Source: Octopus sinensis
Taxonomy: Eukaryota
NCBI RefSeq assembly: GCF_006345805.1
Contig: NC_043001.1
Location: 85,002,001-85,066,000 of the forward strand
Reading direction: 5' to 3'
DNA: 64,000 nt
Every line of letters begins with the position of its first letter. Position 1 is the stretch's first letter. This document shows positions 27,002 to 39,741 of the stretch, piece after piece. The notes below the pieces were generated by a model. It searched no databases. It had not been told where the DNA came from and was given only the letters and a program-made list of their open reading frames with translations. Position numbers and translations under genes: made by a program.

Positions 27002-27446
27002 TAGATTGACAGTATACAATCATTCTATCGCCCCACCTACGTACATGTCTCTACGAGAGATTTAGAAATTCAATATTTCTTATTTTGATAATCAGTGAAT
27101 AAACTTCACTGAATATAGGTATATACAATTACGAAGTCGAGGCAAATATCACCAGCTGACCGGTGTCTGCTACTCTAGGCCGATGAAGGACAACGATCCT
27201 GAAACACGGTGTCCCTAGATGCAGCTCCGGCAGCTGGGGGTGTTTGTCTCCCCTTCGTATATGTATATAAGGACACAGGAAAAAATGTGTCAAAGCTATC
27301 AGGAGGCGTTCGATGCTTCCTAGGGCTATACAGCGGTGGTGTACCCCCTACTGTCACGTTCTTGTTAGATTGACAGTATACAACCATTCTATCGCCCCAC
27401 CACCGTACATGTCTCTACGAGAGATTTAGAAATTCAATATTTCTTA
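27002..27446 (+). mobile_element. Retrozyme-like element: about 1.2 copies of a 364-nt monomer carrying one hammerhead
   Basis: About 80-nt direct repeat (tagattgacagtatacaa...aatatttctta) at 27002 and 27366, period 364. Flanked by (TA)n. A second partial copy of the family is at about 58235..58345. Confidence 0.65.
27174..27219 (+). ncRNA. Type I hammerhead ribozyme motif (U4C core variant)
   Basis: Stem I ucuagg/ccuaga (6 bp); core CCGAUGA; stem II AGGA/UCCU; GAAA; palindromic stem III ACAC-G-GUGU; cleavage triplet GUC at 27211..27213. Confidence 0.72.
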
Positions 27447-27493
27447 TATATATATATATATTTATATATAATTTATATATATATATATATATA

Positions 27494-27750
27494 CGCACTA
27501 ATACTCTCTCATACACACAGACACACCCTTATACATACTAATACATACTAATACATACTAATATATACACCAACCCTATACATACACACGTCCAGACCTC
27601 TCATACGCACTAATACTCTCTCATACACACACACACACACACCCTTATACATACTAATACATACTAATACATACACCAACCCTATACATACACACGTCCA
27701 GACCTCTCATACGCACTAATACTCTCTCATACACACACACACACACCCTT
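27494..27750 (+). repeat. Minisatellite, about 2.3 units of 105-112 nt
   Basis: cgcactaatactctctcatacacac...cgtccagacctctcata repeated at about 27494, 27606 and 27712. Confidence 0.85.
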
Positions 27751-27859
27751 ATGTTGGAGCAGGTCATTCAACCCTATTATCTCCCCTAATTTCGCTCTCG
27801 CGTCTCATGTTTGATCTTTGACTTCTGGCCGAAATCAGATCGCCATGTTGATTCGTTAG

Positions 27860-28047
27860 TTACTGCACGCATTTTTTTCTCTCCTTCTTTCTGTGTTTTT
27901 TTTCTCTGTGTATCTTTCTGTTGAAGAGCGTAGGCTCGAAACGTTAAAGACTTGTTTTATTTATATTTCCTGAGCGCCATACTAATACAATTGTTTGTTT
28001 GTTATCCACCTGCCTTCGTCTTTTGTCTATTTTCATAAAGCTTCCCG

Positions 28048-28050
<3 letters not shown>
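27860..28050 (+). mobile_element. Short Penelope-type terminal repeat, family B (hammerhead-like, A6U)
   Basis: ucuuu-CUGUUGA-A-GAGC-GUAG-GCUC-GAAACGUU-aaaga at 27913..27950. Lies just upstream of a Penelope RT fragment. Confidence 0.55.
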
Positions 28051-28084
<34 letters not shown>

Positions 28085-28254
28085 CACATTATAGAATCTT
28101 CTTTAAAATTTTGCTTTTGTTTTTCACACATTAAATTCCGTAGGTTGAATTATGTAAAATGATAGAAATACAAATCTATTTCTTGCAATAAATAACATTA
28201 TATACATCTAAAGCAACATTTTTCCAGTGGCCTTAAAATACACTTGCTAGTAAT

Positions 28255-29150
28255 TTGGACCTTGCGTGTATTTTGGATTTCCTCTTACGAGAATGGCTCC
28301 CTCCTTTGCTAACCTAGTTATGGGGTGCCTAGAATTTACTCTTTATTGTAAGGTACTAAAAACATACAGAAATCCATTCTCCCTTCACATAGAAAATAAA
28401 TGGAAGAGATATCTAGATGACTGCTTCATTCTTTGACATGAAAGTATATAGCGACTTAAAAAATTTCAATCATTTCTAAATGGATTTGACACATACATTC
28501 AAATGCGACGAAATATAGCCATCAATAACTTCCATTCCTCGACATTCTCATTAAGAAATCCAACAGCAAAATAGAAACAGACATATACTATAAGCCCACG
28601 AACTCCAAGCAATATCTACCGTTCAACTCATGCCACACTAGATAGACCAGAATGAATATTCCTTTCAACCTGGCTAAAAGGATTTGCACTGTAGTATCTG
28701 ATACATGCACTAGGGGACACAAGACTACATGAGCTAAAGGATACACTCATCATCAGGAATTACACACACTCACCAACTGATATAGGTTTTCAATGTGCTC
28801 AACAACTGAACATCCATGAACTCAGACATCGCAAGCTAAAGAATGAATTACAACCAAAAGCCTTACCATATATATCCACACAAAACCACGTAAACAATGA
28901 GGCCTTCGACATCATCCTCAGCACATTCCTTTACTAAAAAGGGACCACAGAAGAAATCAAATCCTCCAAACCCACATCATCATAAAGAGCGAAAGACAAC
29001 CCAAATCAGTGAAGAGTATTCTAACACAAGCCCACGTACACTCGTCAACAATATCGAGGTCGAAGGTAAAAAAGAAATGCGGAAGAACTACCTGTGGTAT
29101 ATGCTTCAAATAGAGTCAAACTTTACATCCTCAGAACATTCATTTATTAT
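28255..29150 (+). mobile_element. Penelope-like element, RT-thumb-GIY-YIG fragment
   Basis: Peptides RMAPSFANLVMGCLE, WKRYLDDCFI, PFLDILIKKSNSKIETDIYYKPTNSKQYLPFNSCH, NIPFNLAKRICTVVSD. Stops and frameshifts present. Confidence 0.85.
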
Positions 29151-29961
29151 TTTGTTGCGTGGACCCCACAAAATCTATGTATGGACTCCCAGGAGCCATA
29201 TGAACACCGGTTGAGAATCACTGGACTAAAGCTTTTAAACTCGTGCCCCAACATGGCCGCAGTCCGATGACTAAAACCAGTTATAGATAAGTACACAATC
29301 TCTGATCAAATCACTAATCAAGTACATAAGAAACATGTTATAATGTAATGCAAAGAAGAATGTTGATTAGTTTCTCTACTGTGCTGGAACCCAGCAGTGC
29401 ACCGAAAGGGCTTGAACTACGCACTCCTCGTTCGAAAGCTGGCTGATTTAACAAATGCACAACAAAATACTAATAATTCGTTCTTCTCCAAAAACTTTTG
29501 TACCCGAGAATGCCATTTATTCCTATATATGTTCATAGTTTATTATCAAAATTCTTTACATTAATAACTAGTTTATGGAAGTTATACATGTGTGTGTTTG
29601 TGCATCTGTATAAGAGCAATAGTGAAGTGATACACATTATCACTCTCTCTCCCTCCGTCCCTCCATCCGTCCCTCCTCTTCCTCCCTCCCCCTCTTTCCC
29701 TTTCTCTTTCTCTCCCTCCACTCTCCCTCCATTGCACCTTCTCCCTCTCCTTCCCTCCATCTCTCCTTCCGCTTCTCTCTCTATTTATTTTTCTATCTTT
29801 CTATATGTGTATGTGTGTATATGTGCGTGTGTATGTGTGTGTACGTGTGTGTATGTGTATGTATGTGCATTTTTGTGTTTGTGTGTGTGTGTTATGCGTG
29901 TGTATGCATGTATATGTATGCATATGTATGTATATTGTATATATGTATATGTCTGTATGTA

Positions 29962-30001
<40 letters not shown>

Positions 30002-30339
30002 TTATATATATATATGTATTACATATACATATATGTATATATACATAGATATATGTGTGCACGTGACCGTGTGCACACACGCGTATGTGTGTGTGTGTGT
30101 GAATGTGTGTGCGTGCGTGCGTGTATATGTGTGTCACAATTCAGCAATCAAAGAAAAATACTTGTCTAATTTAAATAGAAATTTCGTAAGCATAATTTGC
30201 CCAATATATTGAATATTCTGTTAAAACCTTGCATATGTTGGAAATCAAGCAAAAAAATACAGCAATATATTTTAAAGATGAAACTTCACAAATTCGTTAT
30301 ATGAGCGTATGCAATCTAGAAGGATTTCCAATAGGGATC

Positions 30340-30448
30340 TTCCTTCTATTCTTCTTCTTCTTTTTCTTCTTATTCTTCTTCTTTTCTTCGTCTTCTTATT
30401 CTTCTTCTTTTTCTTCTTCTCGTCTTCTTCTTCTTCTTCGTTCTTCTT

Positions 30449-30479
<31 letters not shown>

Positions 30480-30756
30480 TTATTATTATTCTTCTTCTTC
30501 TTCTTCTTCTTTTTCTCTTTTTCTTCTTCTTCTTCTTCTTCTTCTCTCTTCTTCTTATTATTATTATTATTATTATTATTATCAGTAGTAGTAGTAGTGG
30601 TGGTGGTGGTAGTAGTGGTATTATATTATTATTATTATCATTATTATTATTATTGTTATTATTATTATTATTATTAATGTTATTAATATTATTATTGTTG
30701 TTGTTGTTAATGTAGTAGTAGTAGTAGTACATGTAGTAGTAGTAGTAGTAGTTGTA

Positions 30757-30813
<57 letters not shown>

Positions 30814-30830
30814 CAGCAGTATTAGCAGTA
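30340..30830. repeat. Compound trinucleotide microsatellite (TTC, TTA, GTA, GTG, TTG, GTA)
   Basis: Directly visible. Confidence 0.95.
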
Positions 30831-31383
30831 GTAATACTATAAATTTATTTGCGTTGAAACAGAATAACATAGCTCTAGGACTTAGAAATATAATTCCTTA
30901 ATATTTTTATAAGATCTATACTTTACATTAAACAAATGCGCGCGCGCACACACATAAACACACAAACACAAATACGGACAGAGACACAGGCACACACATA
31001 TAAATATATATATATATAATTTCGCAAATATGTAAGGCAGGAACACCTGCAATTTGAGGAAAATTACAAAGTGCTGAATTGTAATTAAAATATTTTTAAT
31101 GCAGTAAATAAAACTTAATATTTACACACATACACACACACTCACACATACACTCACACACAACAAAAACACACTCAGAAATATACACACTTATACGCGT
31201 ATATATAATCAAGATAGTATGTTTCTATAATTGTATTAGCGAGAACGTTACAAAGTGTATAGGAGTGTGTTATAGCCAGGTAGGCAAATACATGTGTATA
31301 GACTTAATAGACAAAAACATTCGTATGAAATTTATTCATGTACTGTGTATGCTCTCTCTCTCTATATATATATGCATATCTTT

Positions 31384-31402
31384 ATTTCTATCTATGTATT
31401 TC

Positions 31403-31498
<96 letters not shown>

Positions 31499-31577
31499 CC
31501 AATCTAAGTAACTAACTAACTAAGTAAATAGCTATCTATCATGTACCTATCTCTCAATCAATCTTCCTATCTGTCTT

Positions 31578-31614
<37 letters not shown>

Positions 31615-31620
31615 ATATAT
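31384..31620. repeat. (TATC)n tetranucleotide microsatellite
   Basis: Directly visible. Confidence 0.95.
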
Positions 31621-32687
31621 ATATATATATATATATTTCCTTCTCTCTCTCTCTCTCTCTCTCTCTGTATATATATATATACATATATATATACATATAT
31701 TATATTATATATATATATATATACAACGCACACACACACAAATACGTATATGCAAGTATATGCTTACATTGTGTGTATGCGTTTGTGTGTGCTTGTTTGT
31801 ATTTATGTAGGTATTCGCTAGCATACACATATGCACACTATATATATATATTTTTTTATGTGAAGTTAATGTTTGATCAATATGTCTAATGTAATAAATA
31901 TATTTTCCATTACTTGAAGTTTTGCGCCTGAGTCAAGTTCATCGAACGGTAAATTAACGAAATATAAACAATGTTTGAAAGTCTAAAATTCTGAACGAAT
32001 TATCCACGGCATTCACTACCTCGGGGCAGCCTGTTGTAAAATTCCGGTTGATCATATTTATCTGCATCCGGTAAATGAATCAGACTCTTCTTAGTTTTGT
32101 AGATTTACTAATAAGACTGTTTTGCATTTTCGAAATCATTGAAAAAGAAGTATCAGTTTTCATTTTATATATGAAAGATGCAAGATCCAGCGAATAAAGC
32201 ATTCCATTATGTAGATGGATTTCTCTCTCTGCGCACTTCCCCATATAGGAGAGAAGATGCATTTCTGCTAATCAACACCACATGTAAACGTTTGTATACC
32301 AATTTGCCCGTGTTATAGATGCATATGTACATACGTACACGCACAAATACGCGCGCGCACGCACACACACAACACACATACATTCATATACTTATACACG
32401 CAGTCATACCTATCTCTCAATCTATCTATTTATTTATCTATCTTTCTGTCTATATATATATTTAGAGCGGCCATTTGTTTCACACCTATAAAGCGCTTAC
32501 CTGTATAGGCCCTTTAAAGTTGCGAGATCTCTCCCTAATCGACCATAACAAATAAGTTAAAAATATATTACTGGTGTAATATTTTAGGGCGGAGCTTCTT
32601 TTTGGATATATTAAAACTATACTAGATAAATTTATGTATATAATATATATATATATATAATATATATATATATATATTATATATATA

Positions 32688-32895
32688 GTTAATCAAACAT
32701 GAAAACACCAAGAGAAAATACAACAACGCGAGGACGTGGAACCGTATAGTAGTATGGGACCGCTCAGGAAAGAGGGAAAGAAGAATCTTTTAACGTTTCG
32801 AGCGGAGCTCTTCGTCAGAAACATAGAAAAAGGAAAGATCCAATGAAGGGAAGATAGAGGGGGGAAAATCGGCAACGGTACACACGCGGTCACAT
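32688..32895 (-). mobile_element. Short Penelope-type terminal repeat, family A, with minimal hammerhead-like motif (about 32789..32821)
   Basis: Same ttaacgtttcgagcggagctcttcgtcagaaac core as the 4118 copy. Abuts (TA)n. Confidence 0.6.
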
Positions 32896-32899
32896 TTGA

Positions 32900-32935
<36 letters not shown>

Positions 32936-33025
32936 ATAATGTATGTGTGTGTGTGTGTGTGTGTGTGTGGTATATAATTATTATATATATATATAGATAT
33001 AGATATAGATACATATACATACATA

Positions 33026-34740
33026 CAGGGTGGGGCAGAGTGGACGAATGTTTGTGAAATTCGCAAAATCATTGATTTTAGCCGCAAACAATTTTTATTG
33101 ACACCAATGTGTTCGTATTGAATTAGTATTTGTCAAAATTAAGTGTGGAAAACAACATCCATCAAGGGGTGTCCGTATTCTTTGATGCATTTCTGAAGGC
33201 GTTCTTCGGAGTTGGTCTCCACTTCCTCCAGCAAGTCATAGTTTGTAAACGATTGTCGTTCAATTTTAATTTATTACTCTTTTTATTTTTATTAACTATC
33301 AATTGTAAGAGTCTGTATTACCATCATATATTTTAATAGCGTCTTGCCCCTATAATTGGTAACTGACATTTTCATTTGGGGTCTTTTCCCAACCAGCCTC
33401 CTTTATAAACAGTTACTTATACATTTTCTAAATTCTGACAGTATTTACGACAATACCCAAGTATAAAATGTCAGTTCACTCTGTCTATACACAAGAAATA
33501 ATCCATGTTTGATTATTTCTTGTGGAAAAACCTTAAGACATGTACGTATGCGCATAAGCACCGTACATTGGACGATTTAAAGGAATTTCGACAGAGGAAT
33601 TCGAAATTCCTTTAAATCGTCCAATATTTTTATTGACACCAATGTGTTTGTATTGAATTAGTATTTGTCAAAATTAAGTGTGAAAAATTAAGTGTGGTAT
33701 ACAAACATTAACTTCACATAAAAAATATATATATATAGTGTGCATATGTGTATGCTAGCGAATACCTACATAAATACAAACAAGCACACACAAACGCATA
33801 CACACAATGTGCATACGTACATGTCTTGAGGTTTTTCCACAAGAAATAATCACACTTGGACGAATGAAGAGACCGAAAGGGGGCCAAGAATCGCCATCAA
33901 ACTTGGAAATGAAGAGGTCACCGAACAGAGGGCGAAGAACGTCCATTGATGCTTTGGCTGTGTGGGACCTGGCCCCATCCTGCTGAAACCATACACTTCG
34001 AATAGGCATAATTCAGGCACAAAGAAGCTGTTTATCATTCCGATGTAACGCTCGGAGTTCACAGTAACAGTATTTCCATTATTGTCTACAAACCAGTAAG
34101 GACTAAAGACGGTAGCTTTTCCAATAGCGCAACAGACCGTCACTTTGTGGCTGTGCAGTGGCCTTTCGTGCCGTTCTCTCAGATTTTCAAGAGCCCAATA
34201 ACGACAGTTCTGTTGATTCCCCTTGTTATTGAGATGAAAATAAGCTTCACCACTCATTAACAAAATGTGGTTGTCATTTGCCTCAAAAATTGTTTCCATC
34301 TGACTTGCGAAGTTAAGCCACTGTGCATAGCCCTGTGGTTGCTAATGTGCCCAATGAGCAATTTATACAGGTGGAAATGAAGGTCTTCATGCAAAATACG
34401 CCTTACCGATCGATTACCGATGCCAAGTTCTGTGGAATACCTCCGAGCAAAGCGATTTGGACTCCATGTCAAAACTTGTCTCACATGTTCCACATTTTCC
34501 GGGATTCGTATTATTAGTGTACCTCGTGTACGAAGTGCATTCCGCCAACGTAAGATTGTGTAACGGGTGGGAACCTCCTGATTTCGGTGAATGTTGAAGT
34601 GGCGCCGAAACTCAGGCTGAACTGCTGTGATAGACTCGTTATTCTTCACGTAACAGTCGTAGGTAATGTTAAAAAAACATTCTTTGCTGAGAAGAGTTAT
34701 CATTTAGAGAAACTGAAGACATATCTAGTTCACGCTAGAT
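33026..34740 (-). mobile_element. Tc1/mariner superfamily transposon, rosa/DD41D-like, rearranged
   Basis: Minus-strand peptides YVKNNESITAVQPEFRRHF (HTH), MSGEAYFHL..GNQQNCRYW, VWFQQDGARSHT...WPP, DYFLW, RLQKCIKEYGHPL*. Terminus TACAGGGTG at 33026. The left TIR was not found. Confidence 0.8.
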
Positions 34741-34786
34741 ATGAAACCAATGGTATTTCACTAAAACTGTTACTTTACACATACAG

Positions 34787-34817
<31 letters not shown>

Positions 34818-34821
<4 letters not shown>

Positions 34822-35435
34822 GTTGTAGCTTACTTTTCTACTTATTTTAGAACATACTTTAGTCCATAAAATAGGATTTGACTACACCTCCATTTAGAGC
34901 ACACTTTCAGTTATCTTTTCGTGGAAGAAGGGTTATGTTCCTATAACCTGTGTTAATTCTGTAACCCTTTGAAATGGAAGATAAGAAAGTTTATTTTCTG
35001 CACAGGATGCTTTTCTTTTTCAGTAAAGGGAAAATTGCCTCACAAGCAACCAAAGAAATATGCGCAGTTTACCGTGATGTTTCTTTATCCGAAAGAACTG
35101 TACAGAAGCGGTTCGCAAAGTTCCAAGCTGGAGATTGTAGCCTTATTGATAAAGAGCGATCAGCCAGACCATCTACTACAGATGATGACCAAATCAAGTC
35201 ATTAATTGAGAATAACCCACATTGTACAACCCAAGAATTGGCAGAAAGCCTCAACCTATCAAAATCCGTCGTTCATGAGCACCAGGTGAAGCTTGGGTAC
35301 TCGAATCGCTACGATGTTTGGGTACCACATGTGTTGAGTCACAAGTATCTTTTGGATCGCATTTCCATCTGCGATTCGCTTTATAAACGGAATGAAAACG
35401 TGCCTTTTTTAAAGCAAATTTTGACAGGTGATGAT
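34818..35435 (+). mobile_element. mariner (DD34D-type) transposon, 5' half
   Basis: TA-TTGGGTTG terminus. ORF from 34974: MEDKKVYF...KGKIASQATKEIC...FQAGDCSL.D.ERSARP...WVPHVL...LTGD. Truncated at the first catalytic Asp. Confidence 0.88.
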
Positions 35436-35700
35436 AGAGAATTTAAAATTTGCCTGAACAATCACAGATCTTCTTTCAAGGTGCTGGAGGGTCGCGACAG
35501 AATGATACTTGCACCATACGTATGGTGCCTAAAGGACGATCATACGGCGTTTAACATCAGGTGGAAATTACTAGAAACTTGAGAACCCTATCGCAATGGA
35601 ATAAGGGTATGCAAACAGTGTATGACAGAAACATATATAATACTTATGAACTCACATGAGCCAGGGGACTTCCTGAACTCCAGGGCACAACGCACCACCC
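35436..35700 (+). mobile_element. Penelope-like GIY-YIG C-terminal fragment
   Basis: Peptides FKICLNNHRSSFK...LAPYVWCLKD...FNIRWKLL...PY.NG...CKQC...FLNSR. Confidence 0.6.
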
Positions 35701-35777
35701 AGTCGAACGCATCATCTATTGATCATGTTCGTGACAACCAAGCCATTTGGCCACGAATAAGATTAGTTTGGGCAAAT

Positions 35778-36198
35778 ACTGGCTGTGTGGTAAGTAACTT
35801 GCTTACCAACAACATGGTTCCGGGTTTAGTCCCACTGCGTGGCACCTTGGGCAAGTGTCTTCTACTATAGCCTCTAGCCCACCAAAGCCTTGTGAATGGA
35901 CTTGGTAGACGGAAACTGAAAGAAGCCCGTCGTATATATGTATATGTATATATATATATGTATGTATGTGTGTGTATATGCTTGTGTGTCTGTGTTTGTT
36001 TCGCCCAACATCGCTTGACAACCGATGCTGGTGTGTTTACGTCCCCATAACTTAGCGGTTCCCCGAAAGAGACTGATTGAATAAATACTAGGCTTACCAT
36101 GAATCCCAAGTCCTGGGATCGATTTGCTCGACTAAAAGGCAGTGCTGCAGCATGGCCACAGTTAAATGACTGAAACAAGTAAAAGAGTAAAAGAGTAA
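35778..36198 (+). mobile_element. tRNA-derived octopus SINE, family 1 (near full length)
   Basis: A-box tggctgtgtgg, B-box-like gggtttagtccc, core ggcaccttgggcaagtgtcttct, tail gactgaaacaagtaaaagagtaaaagag. Confidence 0.9.
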
Positions 36199-36816
36199 AT
36201 GCATCATGGCCAAATTATCTCTTGCCTTCTATATTTGAAACTACAGAAGTCGTGAGAGAAAAGTTGTAAACAAGTGTTATCCGTAATAACCTTCAGCTTC
36301 TGGTTGCAAGCTCATTATAACAATACCATCAAGACATCACTGGCATTGTACAGTTATTCTTGTTTGTGAACTGGCACATCAGCCATCGTTATTTAATATT
36401 TGTATTCTTCAGTGATTTCAATGCAGAGTCGTGTCTGCGTTGTTAATGTATTTCGTGTATTTTCTCTTAGTAATAATTATTATAGAAAAATATACTATAC
36501 GACAAACATTTTCGTATGCTGTACATAAATTATGAAGATATACATAAACCGATCATGCTACGGTAGAAATTCTTGGATGACATATAATTTTATGTGGGCT
36601 TTTCAATTTCTGGTAGCGCTCCATCTAGAACCATCTTCATCTCTGTCTAATGAATGTAAGTGGAAATCGTAACGTCCTTGTGTTAAAAGGAATTATAAAA
36701 CTATTTGTTCAACTTCAGAATGAAACTGGTCCGTAGTTATTTGTTATTCATAAGCATTCCACAGACCTACATTATTCGGACAAAAACGTTTGCATAGATA
36801 TGTAACTCTTATAGTT

Positions 36817-37030
36817 GACGAGATGGCAGAATCGTTAGCACGCTGGACAGAATGCTTAACGGTATTTCGCCCGTCCTTACGTTCTGGGTTCAAATTCCAC
36901 CCGTGGTCGAGTTTGGCCTTCATCATTTTCTGGGTCGATAAAATAAGTACCAGTAAAACACTAAGGTCGATGTAATCGACTTAATCCCTCTCCCCAAACT
37001 TCTCTTGTGGTAAAAATTTGAAATCGTTAT
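36817..37030 (+). mobile_element. tRNA-derived octopus SINE, family 2
   Basis: A-box tggcagaatcgtt, B-box gggttcaaattcc. Homologous to 61325..61540. Confidence 0.8.
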
Positions 37031-37458
37031 AGCTTATAATGACACACACAGGATGTTGCGTTGAATGTACACGGTCTACATTTAGTATTTTACTCTGCCT
37101 TTACATACGTAATGGCATTTGAGAGATATCACCAGGAGGGTAACTTTTCTCTTGTATTTGGCATTTGACGAATGACGATTTTTATGTTTTCTTTTTCGTC
37201 CATCAATCCAACCGTGATACAGATTAAAATTTACGGTATTAGACAGCATGTTATCCTATTGCCGCCGGTTGGCACTGATACAAATTTCATGCGTACATAC
37301 ATACAGACGTACATGCGTGTAGGTGGTGATTGTAAATATGAAACTTGCATCAGTACCATCATGCAGTAATTGGACAACATGTTGAGTAATAAATCTGGAT
37401 ACATATATGCATGCATATACACATAAACCCGCATACACACATGTACATATACATACAT

Positions 37459-37490
<32 letters not shown>

Positions 37491-37622
37491 GCGTATGTAT
37501 TTATACACACAAACACACACACATATATATATATATATATGTATATATGCGTACGTATATACACACACACACACATATTTATATATATATATAAGCGTGT
37601 ACATTTATATGTATGTATGTGT

Positions 37623-37654
<32 letters not shown>

Positions 37655-37774
37655 ATATACAAGTATCTATATATATGTTTGTGGTTGCGGAAATGTACGC
37701 ATGTATGTGTGAATGGACGTATGTATGTACATATATTCACACGTACACACCCACACACACATATATATATATAG

Positions 37775-37812
<38 letters not shown>

Positions 37813-38670
37813 GAGAGAGAGAGAGAGAGATGTGGGTGGGGGTGTATATACATGTTTATATACATATATATGCATATATGTGTGTGTATATATATGCATA
37901 CATATATGTATACATATTTATTACACAGTATATTGGTACTGATGACGCTTTCATATGTACATACACCACCCAAAGGTATGTATGTATGTATGTATGTATG
38001 TATGTATGTATGTATGTATGTATGTATGTTTGTATTTATGTATGTATGTTTGTGTGTATGTACAAGGTTTTCAGTTGCAGCACCATCAGTTTATATCTTC
38101 ATAATTTATACTTACTGCATACGAAAATGTTTGTCGCATATTATACTTTTCTATAAAGATTATTACCACAAGAAAAAGACATAAAACAGTATATCGATGC
38201 AGACATGTCTATGCATCGCAATCATTTAAGAATAAAAATATTAAACAGTCATGTCTCGTCTGCTGGTCCACAAAACAAGAATAGAGCAGCAATGTCAGTG
38301 ATATCGTGATAATGTTATAATGAGTTTGTAACCAGACACTGAAAGTTATAAACGCAAAATAGAGGATTGTTTAATGTTATCATTACTTAACGTAGTCAGT
38401 AAAGAATAGATTAAAACGGACACACAGACACAGACACAAAACGCATACATAAGTAAGTACAATCCAATAAGTGATTGTGAGTGCATGCGTGAGTGTGTAC
38501 GTTGGGTGCTGGTGCATAAGTATTAGCTATTATTTGTGCATTTTCTTGTGTGTGTACCTGTGTACATGTATACATACAGGAATATATGTAAATACATATA
38601 TGTGTGTATATGTATGTATGTATATATATATATACATACGTACATACACACACACACAATACATAAACAC

Positions 38671-38888
38671 ATGGCTGTGTGGTAAGAAGCTTGCTTCCCA
38701 ATCACATGATTCCGTGTTCGGTCCTACTGCATGGCATCATGGGCAACTGGCTCCAACTATAGTCTGGAGAGGACCAAACTTTTGGGAGCGAGGCTATAAT
38801 AGAAGACACTTGCCCAAGGTAACACGATGTGGGACTGAACCCGGAACCATGTGGTTGGTAAGCAAGCTACTTACCACACAGCCACTAT
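38671..38888. mobile_element. Two SINE family 1 heads in inverted orientation
   Basis: + strand head at 38671..38775 and - strand head at 38785..38888. Confidence 0.8.
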
Positions 38889-39696
38889 TTTTCCAAACTG
38901 AATCTTATTCGTGGCCAAGTGGCTTGGTTATTACGATCATGATCAATAGATGGTCCTTTCGACTGGGCGGTGCATTGTACCCTTGAGTGAGACCCATCAT
39001 TTCGCTTTTCTCCTGTCTATTCATTACAAACTGAATACCAGCCAATTGCTCACGAAATTTTATCTCCTCCCTGCAGTCATATCCTTGATGTTCCACTTGG
39101 TCAAGATTGGGGAGGCCAAGAGAGTATTTATGTTTGTTCATGAACATATCCTTCATTCCTCCATGTTTATATAGCATGTCTATCTAGCATGTAAAACCTT
39201 GTAATTCCTATTAGTAAATGAAACGTGTGTAATGTTAAATAAATAATACCAAAACCTTCCAACTATCTTGTTATACAATAACTCTGCAAACAATACCTTA
39301 CAACAGTACAACAACGACAGCAACTACATATTCGATTGCAATAAGGAACTAAACAGATGTACTTCAAAGGGAAACAGCAGTGATTTTACCCTACCAACCT
39401 ACATTATATATGTGTATGTATATATATATATCATCATCATTATTCGACCGTGGTCGAAACAATGAAATTTACTATGTTACGCCAGACTTTTCGGTCCATC
39501 ATAGCATTACAGAGGTCCTGTTGCTGGATGCCTGTATCCCTGGAGATTACATCAGGTTAGGAGAGTTCCAAAGGAGAAGAAATTACCTCGTTTTCAACTC
39601 TACAAAAATGTCCAGCAAACTGGACTCTTCTACCTTATATATAATATATATATATATATAATATATATTATATATATATATATATGTATATATATT

Positions 39697-39741
<45 letters not shown>

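Noticed and set aside
27494-27750. Repeat array considered as CRISPR-like
   Set aside because: A eukaryotic minisatellite with contiguous units and no unique spacers.
29400-29460. tRNA-like sequence on the minus strand
   Set aside because: Only a T-arm-like segment with no complete cloverleaf. Probably a decayed SINE head. No true tRNA gene is supported in the window.
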